From Mobula hypostoma (Eukaryota): a stretch of 64,000 bases of DNA. Each line of letters opens with the position of its first letter. Position 1 is the stretch's first letter. The stretch is from positions 67,768,001-67,832,000 of the forward strand of contig NC_086097.1 in assembly GCF_963921235.1 (NCBI RefSeq). The letters run 5' to 3'. Positions 63,251 through 64,000 of the stretch are shown in pieces. Under the pieces are notes generated by a model. That model searched no databases, was not told the origin of the DNA, and saw only the letters and a list, made by a program, of their open reading frames with translations. The translations under genes and the position numbers were made by a program.

Positions 63251-64000
63251 TTTATAGATTTATTGCCACTATATCTGTCCCTAAATTTCTAAATAATGCT
63301 CCTAATAATTTCACATTCCATCCCCACACCCTCTTCCTGAAGCCTGTGAAACAGATTGGTAACAGTTTTATGCACATAGAAAGCCCTACTACATCTCACT
63401 CATGTGTACAAGTGTGATGCATTTGTGTGTAAGTGATTGTGTACAACATTATGTGTATGACCAGACAGTTTAAGTTGGCAGGCTTTTCTACTGTCCAGAA
63501 AACTACAATTAAACTAGATTCCACATCCAAACTTTCCTACAGGGATCAGAGGTTGGCAATCCCACGTGGGAACACTGGAATGATTCTACTTTCCTGAACA
63601 CACTGAAAATAATACCAGATACTTGTCCTCATTCCCAGCTGGTCATATATCCATTCTGTCTTATAGTGATCTAATAATAGATATAATGAAATGAAATACT
63701 TAACTTAGTACTTTTTTTCTGTCAGTAAAGGAAGAAAATCAAAAATGACCACGGTTATAAATAATTACTGTAAATTGCAATTGAGTTACATTTAACAAGG
63801 GACCTTGCTAGATTTTTTTCTTCTGCTTTCAGGGCTGGCAGTGGCCAACATAAAGGGCTGGCTGATTAATGAGGAATGGCACCCAGCAATCAGGAGGGAG
63901 AGGGAACAAGTGATGAGACTGTTGGGGTTGGCAGGATACAAGGAAGAGGGATGACATTATGTAAGACAATATTTGGAAATGGGAATCAGGTGATCATATA

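Larger units (their letters stand above)
48386..64000 (-). other. NPAS3: NPAS3 intron upstream of the exon (extends beyond window end)
   Basis: Ends at the AG acceptor at 48387-48386. I did not see the preceding exon ([30 protein letters not shown]). Confidence 0.75.

Overview
This is eukaryotic vertebrate intronic DNA. The repeat repertoire (CR1 LINEs, V-SINEs, Penelope-like elements, Rex1/Babar) suggests a cartilaginous fish, probably a ray; that assignment is an inference. The only host coding sequence I can support is one 175-nt internal exon of the bHLH-PAS gene NPAS3 on the minus strand (48211-48385). The rest is two large introns, roughly half of which is transposable-element debris: young and old CR1, Rex1/Babar, Penelope-like (RT + GIY-YIG) elements, two Tc1 transposons, a Harbinger derivative, a Gypsy LTR remnant and V-SINEs. 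TE-poor islands in between look like conserved enhancers. The most striking non-obvious signal is a family of minimal type I hammerhead ribozyme motifs (stem I-CUGANGA-stem II-GAAA-CG-UC-stem I) carried by the Penelope-like 3' repeats. There are 8 recognisable copies. One with an intact core lies on the NPAS3-transcribed strand, and several sit in fold-back (palindromic) insertions with target-site duplications. Other findings are two template-switch hairpins (one carrying a let-7-like seed) and a possible intronic polyadenylation route to a truncated NPAS3. All calls were made by eye with no database searches. Boundaries of old repeats are approximate.
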